A stretch of 42,767 nucleotides of DNA from Deltaproteobacteria bacterium (GCA_016208225.1 JACQYM010000109.1:5034-47800), one strand, 5' to 3'; positions 27,427-38,409 are shown, counted from the first letter of the stretch. Numbers and translations are program-made. Notes: generated from the letters alone by a model not told the origin.

Positions 27427-29197
27427 TTTCTGGATGCATCCCGCATTGATACTGATCATCGGCGGACTCGTTCTGCCCCTGATGAAAGGGCCGATCAGGA
27501 AACCATTTCTCATGATCGTGCCGCTGCTGACCTTTCTGAACGTGCTGGCCCTGGATGAAGGGGTACACGGCGTGGTGCAGTTCATTGACTGGCACCTCGT
27601 CTTCGGCCGGGTTGACAACCTGAGCCAGATATTCGGCTATATCATGTCGCTCATGTGTATCATCGGCACCCTCTTTGCCTTGAATGTCGAGGAGGATGCG
27701 CAGCATATCGCGGCCTGGTTTTATGTGGCCGGCTCCCTTGGCGTCATCTTCTGCGGCGATTATGTCGTCCTCTTCCTCTTCTGGGAACTGATGGCCTTTG
27801 CCTCCGTTTTTCTGGTCTGGTTCCGCCGTGGTCCGCAGTCGCTGGCCACCGGCTACCGGTATTTGCTCGTGCATACGCTGGGCGGGCTTTTCCTGCTGGC
27901 CGGTTTTGTGCTGCGCTACTATAATACCGGCGGCGACATTTCCTTTGTCCCCCTGGGCGTTGATACCCCGAACCTGGCCACCTATCTGATTCTGATGGGT
28001 TTCATCGTCAACGCCGCCGTGCCGCCCTTCCACTCCTGGCTGCCGGACGCCTATGCCGAAGCCAGTGTCGCCGGCGCCGTGTTCATGTGCGCCTTTACCA
28101 CCAAAACGGCAATCTATGTCCTGGCCCGCGGCTTTGCCGGCATGGATATTCTTATCCCCCTTGGTGCCGTCATGGCGCTCTATGGGGTGGTCTACGGAGT
28201 CATTGAAAATGACGGCCGCCGCATTTTTGCCTGGGATACGGTGAGCCAGGTCGGCTACATGGTGGTGGGCGTCGGCATCGGCTCCAATCTGGCCATCAAC
28301 GGCGCCTGTGCCCATGCCTTTGCCCATATCCTTTATAACGGTCTGCTGTTCATGGGCACCGGCTCGGTGCTGTACATGACCGGCACCTGCAAGCTCAACG
28401 AACTGGGCGGTCTCTACCGGAAGATGCCGCGCACCTTTCTCTTTACCATGATCGGCGGCCTGTCCATTGCAGGTTTTCCGTTATTCAGCGGTTTTGTCAG
28501 CAAGTCAATGATCATCTCCGCCGGGTTCGAGTCGCATCAGACTCTGGCCGCCTTTGCCCTGCTGCTGGCCTCCGGCGGTACATTCCTGCTGGCCGGTCTG
28601 AAGGTGCCCTACTTTATCTGGTTCGGCAAGAACAACTGCAGCAGCGAGCGATGGGAAAAGGCGGCTGATCCGCCATGGAACATGCAGGCCGCCATGGCTA
28701 TCGCCTCGGTGATGTGCGCCTTTATCGGCTGCTATACGGCGTATCTCTATAACATGCTGCCGTTTCCGGTCGACTACCATCCCTATTCGGCCTACCATCT
28801 GTCCGAGACATTCCAGATTATCGGCACCTGCGGCATCATGTTTTTTGTCCTGAAACGGTTCATGGAGCCCACCGCCACCATCAGTCTTGATCTTGACTGG
28901 TTTTACCGGATGGCCGGCCGCGGTTTCATGTGGATTGACAGCAGGATATTCCAGTTTATCGACACCTGTGTCGGTGAAATTTACCGTTATATCGGTCTCT
29001 TCCCGTTAATGACCATTTCCCGCTTCTGGTCATGGTTTGACTGGAATGCCATCGACGGCGTGGTGGACGGCACGGCCCGGTCGGTGCGGTCCATCGGCGG
29101 CGTAGTGCGCAAGGTGCAGGCTGGTAATTTACAATACAATATATTCTTTGCCGCTACCTTCGTTGCAGGGGCGGTACTGATCTTTGTATTTGTTTGA
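27419..29197 (+). CDS. Antiporter-like subunit (MrpD/NuoL family) carrying a NuoL-type lateral helix
   Basis: FWELM, HSWLPDAY, FTTK, ELGGL, GFPLFSGFVSK; C-terminal DWFY...IDGVV...QAGNLQY plus final TM. Confidence 0.88.
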   Translation: MNNFWMHPALILIIGGLVLPLMKGPIRKPFLMIVPLLTFLNVLALDEGVHGVVQFIDWHLVFGRVDNLSQIFGYIMSLMCIIGTLFALNVEEDAQHIAAWFYVAGSLGVIFCGDYVVLFLFWELMAFASVFLVWFRRGPQSLATGYRYLLVHTLGGLFLLAGFVLRYYNTGGDISFVPLGVDTPNLATYLILMGFIVNAAVPPFHSWLPDAYAEASVAGAVFMCAFTTKTAIYVLARGFAGMDILIPLGAVMALYGVVYGVIENDGRRIFAWDTVSQVGYMVVGVGIGSNLAINGACAHAFAHILYNGLLFMGTGSVLYMTGTCKLNELGGLYRKMPRTFLFTMIGGLSIAGFPLFSGFVSKSMIISAGFESHQTLAAFALLLASGGTFLLAGLKVPYFIWFGKNNCSSERWEKAADPPWNMQAAMAIASVMCAFIGCYTAYLYNMLPFPVDYHPYSAYHLSETFQIIGTCGIMFFVLKRFMEPTATISLDLDWFYRMAGRGFMWIDSRIFQFIDTCVGEIYRYIGLFPLMTISRFWSWFDWNAIDGVVDGTARSVRSIGGVVRKVQAGNLQYNIFFAATFVAGAVLIFVFV

Positions 29198-29251
29198 GGG
29201 ATCGAACGGCAAAACTCTCTCAGTAATATTATTGAATAGAGGAAAGTGGTA

Positions 29252-30757
29252 ATGGATTTTTTAATAATGAATGAAGGGTTTCCCCTCTTAAGCACCCTCG
29301 TCTTTCTTCCTTTGGCAGGGGCGTTTATCCTGCTGTTTCTGCCGGGAGAGAATGTGCAGCGCCTCTGGGCCATGATCGTCACCTCGGTCACGGCGGGCAT
29401 ATCCCTGTCCCTCTATTCAGGATTTGACTCCGCCACGGCCAAATATCAGTTCGGCGAGCACATCAGCTGGATTCCCTCCTTGAATATCAATTATACCCTT
29501 GGCATTGACGGCATCAGCCTGCTGCTTGTCCTGCTGACCACCCTCATCATGCCTTTATGTGTTCTCGGCTCCTGGACCTATATCAAGGTCCGGGTGAAGG
29601 AATTCATGATCTGTCTGCTGATCATGGAAACCGCCATGCTCGGCGTTTTCATGGCCCTGGATTTCGTCCTTTTCTATGTGCTGTGGGAGGCCATGCTCAT
29701 CCCCATGTACCTGCTGATCGGTGTATGGGGCGGGCCGCGCAAGATCTATGCCTCCATCAAGTTCTTCCTCTACACCCTGGCCGGCTCCGTCATGCTGCTT
29801 GTGGCCATTATCGCCCTGTATCTCAAAACCGGTTCCTTCAGTATCCCGGTAATGATGGGACAGGATTATTCATCCACATTCCAGATCTGGGTATTTTTGG
29901 CCTTCTTCCTCGCCTTTGCCATCAAGGTTCCCATGTTCCCCTTTCATACATGGTTGCCCGCGGCCCATGTCGAGGCCCCCACCGCCGGCAGTGTGATTCT
30001 GGCCAGTATTCTGCTGAAGATGGGCACCTATGGTTTTCTGCGTTTCTGTCTGCCGATCACGCCGCTGGCAACCCTGAGCCTCGGACCATATGTCCTGTGG
30101 CTGTCGGTGGCGGCCATTCTTTACGGCGGCTTTACCGCCCTGGCCCAGTCTGATATGAAGAAGCTGATCGCTTACTCCAGCGTCGGACATATGGGATTTG
30201 TCACCCTCGGTATTTTTTTCCTGAACCGCCAGGGTCTGGAAGGGGCCATTCTGCAGATGATCAATCACGGCGTCACCACCGGCGCCCTGTTCCTCTGCGT
30301 TGGTATGATGTATGAGCGGACGCACAGCCGGGAGATTGCCGATCATTCGGGCATCGCCCAGAACCTGCCGATATTCGTGTCGTTTCTGACCATTTTTTCC
30401 CTCTCCTCCCTGGCCTTTCCGGCAACGAACAGTTTTGTCGGCGAATTTCTCGTGCTGGCCGGGGCATTCAGCGTCAATAAGATAGTCGCCGGTGCCGCCA
30501 TCCCGGGCGCCATTCTGGCCGCCGCCTACATGATGCGTCTGCTGCAGCATGTTCTCTTCCGCGGACCCGGTCGGCCTGATATCGCTGATTTGAATATCCG
30601 TGAGATTGTAACGCTTGCACCCCTGCTCTGCTTTGTGTTCTGGATCGGTTTAGCGCCTGAGCCTTTTTTAAGCGTCATGCATACCAGTGTTGATAATTTG
30701 ATCCAGCAGGTAAATGTGGCCAGAACGGCACAGGTTGCCATGCTCCTGGCGCCGTAG
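29252..30757 (+). CDS. nuoM: Complex I-like subunit M
   Basis: GIDGIS, WEAMLIP, IKVPMFPFHTWLP.AHVEAP, LLKMG.YG, YSSVGHMG, FVGEF. Confidence 0.95.
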   Translation: MDFLIMNEGFPLLSTLVFLPLAGAFILLFLPGENVQRLWAMIVTSVTAGISLSLYSGFDSATAKYQFGEHISWIPSLNINYTLGIDGISLLLVLLTTLIMPLCVLGSWTYIKVRVKEFMICLLIMETAMLGVFMALDFVLFYVLWEAMLIPMYLLIGVWGGPRKIYASIKFFLYTLAGSVMLLVAIIALYLKTGSFSIPVMMGQDYSSTFQIWVFLAFFLAFAIKVPMFPFHTWLPAAHVEAPTAGSVILASILLKMGTYGFLRFCLPITPLATLSLGPYVLWLSVAAILYGGFTALAQSDMKKLIAYSSVGHMGFVTLGIFFLNRQGLEGAILQMINHGVTTGALFLCVGMMYERTHSREIADHSGIAQNLPIFVSFLTIFSLSSLAFPATNSFVGEFLVLAGAFSVNKIVAGAAIPGAILAAAYMMRLLQHVLFRGPGRPDIADLNIREIVTLAPLLCFVFWIGLAPEPFLSVMHTSVDNLIQQVNVARTAQVAMLLAP

Positions 30758-30843
30758 CCGTTGATTCATAGTCGACGCAGTTTTGAGTTTTAACCGCGTA
30801 GTTATTATTAAGGCAAGCTGATCATACAGTATAAGGATTACAC

Positions 30844-32259
30844 ATGTTGTTCGCACCAGAGTTAGTACTGTTAATAGGGAGTCTGGTTCTCTTCGGCCTC
30901 TGTCTCGGGGAGGAGAAAGGAAATCTGGCGAAATTCGCGGCCCTTGTGCTGGCTGTCGTCGCAGCCATAGCGAGCCTTGCCACCTTGAATATGTCGGGCA
31001 GCCTGTTTTATGAAGCCTACCGCATCGATCTTTTCTCGCAGCTGTTCAAGCTCGCCATTTCCGTCGGCCTGATAGCCGTGTTGATGTTCAGCACGGAATC
31101 AAAGGGTATTTCCGTTCGCATGCGGGCCGAATATTATCTTTTCATGATTCTGAGCACCCTTGGCCTGGTGATGATGGTCAGCAGTGTTGAGTTGCTCTCC
31201 CTGTTCATCGCGCTGGAACTTTCCTCATACTCCCTCTATCTGATGGTGCCGATGCGCAACGACCAGAAAGGTTTGAAGGTGCAGATGGAGGCGGCAATCA
31301 AATATGTTCTCTTTGGTGTGGTTGCCACGGGCACCATGCTGTATGGCATGAGTTTCATTTTCGGCATGACCGGCACCACCTATTTAAATGAACTGGTGCC
31401 CAGGATGCATTCTCTTGTCGCCTCCCCCACGACCCTGCTGGCCATTGCCCTGTTCATGGCAGGCTTTTTTTATAAGCTTGCCGTATTTCCCTTTCATTTC
31501 TGGGTGCCGGATGTGTATCAGGGGGCGGCCAACGCCACGACCGCCTTCATTGCCTCCATCCCGAAACTTGGCGCCGTTGCCATTCTGATCCGCATCACCA
31601 CCCTGGTCGCTCCCACGGGCGGAGAGGCGGTGGTCACCATGCTGATGATCCTTGCCGTCTGTTCCATGTTCTACGGCAACCTGTCGGCCCTGGTGCAGAA
31701 AGACATCAAGCGCATGCTCGGCTTTTCCGGTATTTCCCATGCGGGTTTTGTGCTGCTTGGTCTGCTGACCTTGAAGGAGACCGGCTATGCGACTTCCATG
31801 TATTATATCACCGGTTATGTTTTCATGAACCTTGCCTGTTTTCTGGTGATCTGCAAAGTTTCGCAGAAGGGCGAGAATCTCTGCATCGATGATCTGAGCG
31901 GTCTCTATAAACGGGCGCCGCTCCTCGCCCTGACGCTGCTGGTGGGCATGATGGCCCTGGCCGGGATCCCGCCCTTTGTCGGCTTCATGGGCAAATTCAT
32001 GCTGTTGACCGGCGCCCTGCGCGCCGGGCATCTGACCCTGGTCATTCTGGCCGCGCTCAATACCGCCATTGCCATCTATTATTATCTGTCCGTGGTGCGG
32101 GTGGCATTCTGCAGCGCCCCGGAAGAGCGTCCGGATGTGCCGGTTGACCTGATGACCCGATGCGTCAGCATTTCATTGATTGCGGTCATCATTTTCATGG
32201 GGGTGGCGCCCAAACAGATTGTTGAAATTGCCGCAACTGCTGTGCGGACCATCCTCTAG
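30844..32259 (+). CDS. nuoN: Complex I-like subunit N
   Basis: LELSS, EAAIKY, KLAVFPFHFWVPDVYQGA, PK, AGIPPF.GF.GK, YYYL. Confidence 0.95.
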   Translation: MLFAPELVLLIGSLVLFGLCLGEEKGNLAKFAALVLAVVAAIASLATLNMSGSLFYEAYRIDLFSQLFKLAISVGLIAVLMFSTESKGISVRMRAEYYLFMILSTLGLVMMVSSVELLSLFIALELSSYSLYLMVPMRNDQKGLKVQMEAAIKYVLFGVVATGTMLYGMSFIFGMTGTTYLNELVPRMHSLVASPTTLLAIALFMAGFFYKLAVFPFHFWVPDVYQGAANATTAFIASIPKLGAVAILIRITTLVAPTGGEAVVTMLMILAVCSMFYGNLSALVQKDIKRMLGFSGISHAGFVLLGLLTLKETGYATSMYYITGYVFMNLACFLVICKVSQKGENLCIDDLSGLYKRAPLLALTLLVGMMALAGIPPFVGFMGKFMLLTGALRAGHLTLVILAALNTAIAIYYYLSVVRVAFCSAPEERPDVPVDLMTRCVSISLIAVIIFMGVAPKQIVEIAATAVRTIL

Positions 32260-32514
32260 AATCGCGCCGGGAGCCGGAAGACGGAATTCAGGGTCTGCAG
32301 GAGAAAGACTTGCACCCTGATTCTTCAATCCCGGCTCCTGAGCAGTTGCCTCCGCCGCGTAAATGCCGTAGGCAGAGTCCTCTTACGGGGTAATTAATCT
32401 GCCTCCGGTCCCTTGTAGTTTTCCGATCTTTGCGCACCACCCCTGCCGGGGCAGGCATCACCTGTCTGGCGCAAGTCCATTGCTCTCCGTCACAAGCTCC
32501 TCTCGACTGTCTGC

Positions 32515-32544
32515 TTGACAAGCTGAAAAAATTGGGTATAGTAT
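32515..32544 (+). promoter_or_regulatory. Sigma70 promoter for tRNA-Gly/rimP operon
   Basis: TTGACA at 32515; TATAGT/TAGTAT at 32537-32544. Confidence 0.7.
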
Positions 32545-32559
32545 GTCATTAACTTATGG

Positions 32560-32635
32560 GCGGACATAGCTCAGCTGGTAGAGTACAAGCTTCCCAAGCT
32601 TGGTGTCGCGGGTTCGAATCCCGTTGTCCGCTCCA
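32560..32635 (+). tRNA. tRNA-Gly (CCC)
   Basis: GCGGACA/TGTCCGC acceptor, CAAGC-TTCCCAA-GCTTG anticodon arm, TTCGAAT T-loop, TCCA end. Confidence 0.97.
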
Positions 32636-32832
32636 ACAGAGTTAATATGAGTTCGCTGTTTTTGGCAGCGACTCTTTCCTGAGGGCATGGTTGCCAGGAT
32701 GTTCTTCCTGCGCTGTGCACGTTTGGCGGATGCACACAGTGCTCATTATTTCTGCCAAGCTTCTTAAAGTACAAGGGTTATGCCGGGCGCAGAAACCTTG
32801 ACTGGATGGCCTTTCCGTCGCCATCCGAAGAG

Positions 32833-32863
32833 AAAGTGGGCTATGCCCGCTTTTTTTATTTTT
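32833..32863 (+). promoter_or_regulatory. rimP leader hairpin (terminator-like attenuator)
   Basis: AAAGTGGGC-TAT-GCCCGCTTT plus T-run just upstream of rimP, as commonly conserved for this operon. Confidence 0.7.
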
Positions 32864-32889
32864 GACGTACCTCATTTTCTCTGGTTGAT

Positions 32890-33354
32890 ATGACTTCACA
32901 TAAAGAGCATATTGTTGCGGAAGTCGGGCGATTGCTCGAACCTGTGCTAGCCGAAAATTATCTGGAACTGGTCGAGGTGCAGTTCCGGCAGGAACCGGCT
33001 GGCTGGGTGCTCAGGGTTATTATTTATAAAGAAGGCGGGACATCGGTTGATGACTGCGCGAAGGTGAGCCGGGAGTTGAGCCGTCTGCTGGACGTTGAGG
33101 ATCTCATTCCGCAGAAATATATGCTGGAGGTATCGTCACCCGGCCTTGACCGACCGCTGCAATCGGAAAGGGATTTTTTGCGCAACAGAGGCGAAAAGGT
33201 GCGGCTTACGGTGGAAATTGCCGGGACTTTTGCGACGGTAACCGGAATCATTGACAATGTACGGGACGGCATGCTCGTGCTCAAGGACGATGCCGGCATG
33301 GTTTCCCATCCGCTAACCGCGATAAAGAAAGCAAGGCTTGAGATTGAATTTTAA
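32890..33354 (+). CDS. rimP: Ribosome maturation factor RimP
   Basis: [26 protein letters not shown]. Confidence 0.96.
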   Translation: MTSHKEHIVAEVGRLLEPVLAENYLELVEVQFRQEPAGWVLRVIIYKEGGTSVDDCAKVSRELSRLLDVEDLIPQKYMLEVSSPGLDRPLQSERDFLRNRGEKVRLTVEIAGTFATVTGIIDNVRDGMLVLKDDAGMVSHPLTAIKKARLEIEF

Positions 33355-33441
33355 TCAGGTCTGTTCAAGAATTTAATATATTGCCGGTTTCAGCCGCTTT
33401 AGCAGCCTGTATGGTACGGGTTGGAATTGTGGAGAATGATG

Positions 33442-34734
33442 ATGTTATCAGATTTGAAAAGAATAATAGACCAGATCAGTCGGGATAAGGGCATTGACCG
33501 GCAGCTTCTCATCGAGGCTCTGGAAGAGGCAGTGCTGTCCGCTGCCAAAAAACGGTATGGCCTGCGACGTGATATTGAAGTCAAATTCAATGACGAATTC
33601 GGCGAGGTTGAACTGTTCCAGTTTCGGAAAGTGGTTGAGCAGGTGGAAGACGAACAGGTCGAGGTTTCCCTTGAGGAGGCCAAAAGACTTGACCCGGAAG
33701 TTGAGCTCGGCGATGAGCTGGGTTCGAAAATGGAAAATGTTTCGGATCTCGGCCGCATTGCCGCCCAGTCAGCCAAGCAGGTCATTATTCAGAAAATGAA
33801 GGATGCGGAGCGGGGCGTGATCTTTGACATGTACCGGGACCGCAAGGGTGAGATTGTTAACGGCATTGTGCAGCGCTTTGAGCGCGGCAACATGATTATC
33901 AATCTGGGCCGGACGGACGCGCTGCTGCCGAAAAAGGAGCAGATGCCGCGCCGGTCATACCGGCAGGGTGACCGTATCCGCGCCTATCTCATGGATGTCC
34001 GGCAGGACGTGCGCGAGCAGCAATTGATTCTGAGCCGCACCTGCAATGAGTTTCTCGTCAAGCTTTTCGAGATGGAAGTGCCGGAGATTTCCGAGGGCAT
34101 TGTCAAAATCATCAATGCCTGCCGCGAACCGGGCTCCCGGGCAAAAATTGCGGTTGCTTCATCCGAACCGGATGTGGACCCGGTGGGTGCCTGCGTGGGT
34201 ATGAAGGGGTCCCGGGTGCAGAATGTGGTGCAGGAACTGCAGGGCGAAAAGATTGATATTGTTCCCTGGAGCCCTGATCCGGCAAAATATGTTTCCAATG
34301 CCCTGGCCCCGGCCCAGGTTTCCATGGTTGTGGTCGATGAGGACAAAAGGACGCTGCTCGTGGTTGTGCCGGATGATCAGCTTTCGCTGGCCATCGGCAG
34401 GCAGGGACAGAATGTCCGTCTGGCCTCCCAGTTGCTGGGCTGGCGCATAGATGTGAAAAGCGAGCAGCGGTACAGCAGGATGACGGAGGCCGGTTTCCAG
34501 TCCATGATGCGGGTGCGGGGCATGAGTGAAAAAATTGCCGAAACCCTTTATGACGGCGGGATCAACACGGCCCTGGAGCTGGCAAACGTCGATGAGGCTG
34601 AGCTGATGAAAATTATCGGCATAAGCGAGGTCGAGGCCCAGCTCATGAAGGCCGAGGCGGCCCGATCCGTGGCGGCTGCCGATCAGCAGGATGCAGAGGC
34701 TGAAAGTGTGACGCAGCCCGCGGATGGTGAATGA
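33442..34734 (+). CDS. nusA: Transcription factor NusA
   Basis: GRIAAQSAKQVI.Q, REPGSRAKIAV, DPVGACVG, LSLAIG..GQNVRLA. Start chosen by RBS GGAG. Confidence 0.97.
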   Translation: MLSDLKRIIDQISRDKGIDRQLLIEALEEAVLSAAKKRYGLRRDIEVKFNDEFGEVELFQFRKVVEQVEDEQVEVSLEEAKRLDPEVELGDELGSKMENVSDLGRIAAQSAKQVIIQKMKDAERGVIFDMYRDRKGEIVNGIVQRFERGNMIINLGRTDALLPKKEQMPRRSYRQGDRIRAYLMDVRQDVREQQLILSRTCNEFLVKLFEMEVPEISEGIVKIINACREPGSRAKIAVASSEPDVDPVGACVGMKGSRVQNVVQELQGEKIDIVPWSPDPAKYVSNALAPAQVSMVVVDEDKRTLLVVVPDDQLSLAIGRQGQNVRLASQLLGWRIDVKSEQRYSRMTEAGFQSMMRVRGMSEKIAETLYDGGINTALELANVDEAELMKIIGISEVEAQLMKAEAARSVAAADQQDAEAESVTQPADGE

Positions 34735-35038
34735 TCAGCAATACGTGGGTGGAAAGACGGAAAAGACAGGGCCGGTACGAACGTGCCTCGGCTGCGGAAA
34801 AAAGGCGCCGAAAGCCAGTCTGATCCGGTTTGCGGTGGTGAATGGCCGCATTGTTGTTGATGAAGGATACAGTCTTACCGGCAGAGGAGCATACAGCTGC
34901 AGGCAGGAGATCTGCCTGCGCCTGCTGGCAAAAAAAGGAAAAAGACTTGCCAGGGCTCTCCGCTGTGAGAAGCCGGATCCCCACCATGACATGGCATCGT
35001 TGATCAGCACCACGATTGATAGTTTTGTAGCAAAATAG
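34724..35038 (+). CDS. ylxR: YlxR/DUF448 RNA-binding protein
   Basis: P.RTC.GC, LIRF, GRGAY.C between nusA and infB. Confidence 0.88.
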   Translation: MVNDQQYVGGKTEKTGPVRTCLGCGKKAPKASLIRFAVVNGRIVVDEGYSLTGRGAYSCRQEICLRLLAKKGKRLARALRCEKPDPHHDMASLISTTIDSFVAK

Positions 35039-35104
35039 CGGGGGCCGGAGAAAAGAATAATTTTTAAGGCGTCCGCGCGCAGAAAGGCAGTTTCAGGAGC
35101 ATAT

Positions 35105-37975
35105 ATGGGAAAAATCCGGGTATACGAGTTGGCCAAAGAAGCAGGGGTTGAAAGTAAAATTTTGACCGCCCAACTCATTGAATTAGGCTATAATGTACGA
35201 GCCTATAACTCCACCCTTGAAGATGATGCGGTCGAAGAAATCCGCACCAGGCTGGGTTTTAAAAAGGTTGAAGTGCAAGAAAAAAGAATAGAAAGCAAAG
35301 GGCGGACCACAATTATCCGCCGGCGGACGCCGACCGTCGCCGAACCAGAGGAAGAATTGCCGGGAAAAGAAACGGCTGAGGAATATGTTCCGGAGACGCT
35401 TGCGCGGGCAGAGGAACACAAAGTCGAGACGGCGGAGTCCTTAGAGGAAAAGGCCGTAGAGGCCTTGCCGGAGGAGAAACCGGATCGTGTTGAGCCCGCC
35501 GGCCCGCGAGGGGTTGAAGAAGCCGCTGGTCAAGCTGCTGCCGCCGCCGAAAAAGCGGCCGTGCAGCCTGCGGCGCTCGGGGCTGAAAAACCGGCAGTCG
35601 CCGGGCCGCCGGCGGAAAGCCAACCCGGCCAAAGGGCCGAACAGCAGCCGGAGCTTGCCGAGGCTGAGCCCCAAGCTGCGGTGGAAAGTGCTGCGGTACG
35701 TGCAGCCGGGGAAGCCGTTTCCGAAACCGCTCCCGCGGCAGAAGCCATGGGCACTGGGGAACTGGAGGAAGTCGGCCCGGCGGCACCGGAGTCGCCCCGG
35801 GATGAAGCGCCGTTATTAAAACGCAAAAAAGGGCTGGCCAAGATCATCGGGCGCACGGAGATTCCCCTGCCGGTTGAGGACAGCCGACTGGTACGCCCCA
35901 AAAAAGTGGTCGAAAAACCGAAAAAAGCGAAAGTTGTGCTTCGCCCCGAAGTTGAGACGGTTGAAGTCGTCGATGAGGATGCGAAAGGCAAAGCCAAGGC
36001 GAAAAAGGGCAAACGTTTTGTCAAGTTCAGTCCGGAACCGGGGCTGGCGCGTTTCAAGAAAGGCGTGAAACGCAAAGACGGCGTTGATGTGGATGTGGAT
36101 GAGATCGGCCCGCTCGGCGCCCGCATCGCTTCCGGAGTCCGCGTGATGCGCGGCCAGAGGGGCGGCCACAAGAAGAAGAAACGTGAAGAAGCCGTGCAGC
36201 TGATCAGCGAAACAAAGGCCATCAAGAAACGGATCAAGGTGCTGGAAACCATCACCGTCGGCGATCTTGCCCACCGGATGGGCGTTAAATCCAATGAAAT
36301 CATCGCCAAACTCATCGGCCTGGGGATTATGGCCACGGTAAATCAGGCCCTTGATGTCGATACGGCGATGCTTGTTGCCAACGATTTCGGCTTTGAGGTG
36401 GAACAGGGCATAACGGAGGAGCAGTCCATCATTGAACTGATTGCCTCGGAAAGCGGCGGTGCCGTCATTCCCCGTCCTCCCGTGGTGACCGTCATGGGAC
36501 ATGTCGATCACGGCAAGACCTCCATCCTTGATGCCATCCGCAATACGGATGTGGCTGCCGGCGAGGCAGGCGGTATCACCCAGCATATCGGCGCCCATTA
36601 TGTCCGGTCGCTCAAGGGGGATCTGGTGTTTCTCGATACGCCTGGACATGCGGCATTCACGGAAATGCGTTCCCGCGGCGCCCAGGTGACGGATGTGGTG
36701 GTGCTCGTGGTCGCGGCCGATGACGGCGTGATGGATCAGACCAAAGAGGCGATCAACCATGCCAAGGCGGCAGGGGTGCCGATCCTTGTTGCGGTCAATA
36801 AAATAGACAAGCCCGATGCCGATCCGGCCAGGGTGAAGCGTGAACTGGCGGAACTGGGGCTGGTGCCGGAAGAGTGGGGCGGTGAGACGATCTATTGCGA
36901 AACTTCCGCCAAGCAGGGCCTCGGCATTGATGAACTGGTGGAAAGCATCACGCTGCAGACCGAGATTCTTGAATTGAAAGCCGACCCGAATCGACGGGCG
37001 AAGGGCTGGGTTATCGAGGCCCAGCTTCATAAAGGCCGCGGCCCCGTTGCCACGGTGCTTGTCCAGCATGGCACCCTGCGTGTCGGCGATCATTTTGTCG
37101 CCGGCATCTTTCATGGCAAGGTCCGCTCGCTGACCGACGATAAAGGGCGCAAGATAACCGAGGCCGGCCCGTCAATGCCGGTTGAAATCCAGGGATTGAC
37201 CGGTGTGCCCAAGGCCGGTGATGAATTTGTGGTTGTGCCGGATGAAAAGATGGCAAGAAGCGTCAGCTCCGATCGGCAACTGAAGAGCCGTGAGTCGGAA
37301 CTGGCCAGCAGCACCAAGATTTCCCTCGAGAATCTCTTCGAAAAGCTGCAGGAAGGGGAGATGAAAGAGCTGCGGGTCGTGCTGCGCGCCGATGTCCAGG
37401 GTACCCTGGAGGCTTTCGGCAAGGCGATTCAGGAACTGAGCACCGATGCAATCAAGGTGAAGATCCTCCATTCCGGCACCGGCACCATCATTGAGTCCGA
37501 TGTGTTGCTGGCCGCCGCCTCGAACGCCCTGATCATCGGGTTTAACGTCCGTCCCAACAGCAAGGTGGCGGAGCTTGCCAAGTCCGAGAATGTGGATCTG
37601 CGTTTCTATGACGTTATCTACCATGCCCTGGATGATATCAGAAAGGCGATGGTCGGCCTGCTCGAACCGACCTTTAAGGAAAAGGTTATCGGTAAAGTTG
37701 AGGTGCGCAACACCTTTCACGTACCGAAAATTGGTACAATTGCCGGCTGTTACGTGCTTGACGGCAAGATTGAACGTAATGCCCATGTGCGCCTGCTGCG
37801 GGATGGCGTGGTTGTCTTTACCGGCCGGATTTCATCGCTCAAGCGCTTCAAGGATGACGTCAGGGACGTGCAGTCAGGGTATGAATGCGGGCTGGGCATT
37901 GAAAATTATAATGACATCAAGGTGGGTGACCAGCTTGAGGCTTTTGTCATGGAAAAGATGGAGGCTGAGCTGTAA
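35105..37975 (+). CDS. infB: Translation initiation factor IF-2
   Basis: [38 protein letters not shown]. Confidence 0.98.
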   Translation: MGKIRVYELAKEAGVESKILTAQLIELGYNVRAYNSTLEDDAVEEIRTRLGFKKVEVQEKRIESKGRTTIIRRRTPTVAEPEEELPGKETAEEYVPETLARAEEHKVETAESLEEKAVEALPEEKPDRVEPAGPRGVEEAAGQAAAAAEKAAVQPAALGAEKPAVAGPPAESQPGQRAEQQPELAEAEPQAAVESAAVRAAGEAVSETAPAAEAMGTGELEEVGPAAPESPRDEAPLLKRKKGLAKIIGRTEIPLPVEDSRLVRPKKVVEKPKKAKVVLRPEVETVEVVDEDAKGKAKAKKGKRFVKFSPEPGLARFKKGVKRKDGVDVDVDEIGPLGARIASGVRVMRGQRGGHKKKKREEAVQLISETKAIKKRIKVLETITVGDLAHRMGVKSNEIIAKLIGLGIMATVNQALDVDTAMLVANDFGFEVEQGITEEQSIIELIASESGGAVIPRPPVVTVMGHVDHGKTSILDAIRNTDVAAGEAGGITQHIGAHYVRSLKGDLVFLDTPGHAAFTEMRSRGAQVTDVVVLVVAADDGVMDQTKEAINHAKAAGVPILVAVNKIDKPDADPARVKRELAELGLVPEEWGGETIYCETSAKQGLGIDELVESITLQTEILELKADPNRRAKGWVIEAQLHKGRGPVATVLVQHGTLRVGDHFVAGIFHGKVRSLTDDKGRKITEAGPSMPVEIQGLTGVPKAGDEFVVVPDEKMARSVSSDRQLKSRESELASSTKISLENLFEKLQEGEMKELRVVLRADVQGTLEAFGKAIQELSTDAIKVKILHSGTGTIIESDVLLAAASNALIIGFNVRPNSKVAELAKSENVDLRFYDVIYHALDDIRKAMVGLLEPTFKEKVIGKVEVRNTFHVPKIGTIAGCYVLDGKIERNAHVRLLRDGVVVFTGRISSLKRFKDDVRDVQSGYECGLGIENYNDIKVGDQLEAFVMEKMEAEL

Positions 37976-37992
37976 GGCTTTCCTCGTAATGG

Positions 37993-38409
37993 ATGACCAT
38001 GGTTGCCGCAAAGGATAAATCACGATTCACCCTGCCTGCCGGCCTGGCCCCCGGGCCGAAGAGACGGCCGGTCAGAGTGGCAGATACCATCAGAAACGAG
38101 ATCGCCGTCCTGCTTCTCTTCAAGGTGAAGGACCCGGCCCTGCACAATGTCAGCATTGTGCATGTGGACGTGAGCGACGATCTGAGCCGGGCCAGGATTT
38201 ATTATGCCTGCGCCCCGGACATGGCCGCCAAGGTCGGCGCCGGGCTGAACCGGGCGAAAGGTTTTATCCGCAGCCACCTTGCCAAGGTAATGCAGATGCG
38301 GCATGTGCCGGAACTGCTGTTTAATTTCGACCCGTCAACCGAACATGATGCCAAGATGCAGAAAATTTTTCAGGAGATAGCCCGCGAAAATGAACCAGGC
38401 TCTGTCTGA
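37993..38409 (+). CDS. rbfA: Ribosome-binding factor A
   Basis: R..RVA..I..EI, KDP, DL..A, GFIR, R.VPEL.F. Exact start uncertain. Confidence 0.93.
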   Translation: MTMVAAKDKSRFTLPAGLAPGPKRRPVRVADTIRNEIAVLLLFKVKDPALHNVSIVHVDVSDDLSRARIYYACAPDMAAKVGAGLNRAKGFIRSHLAKVMQMRHVPELLFNFDPSTEHDAKMQKIFQEIARENEPGSV

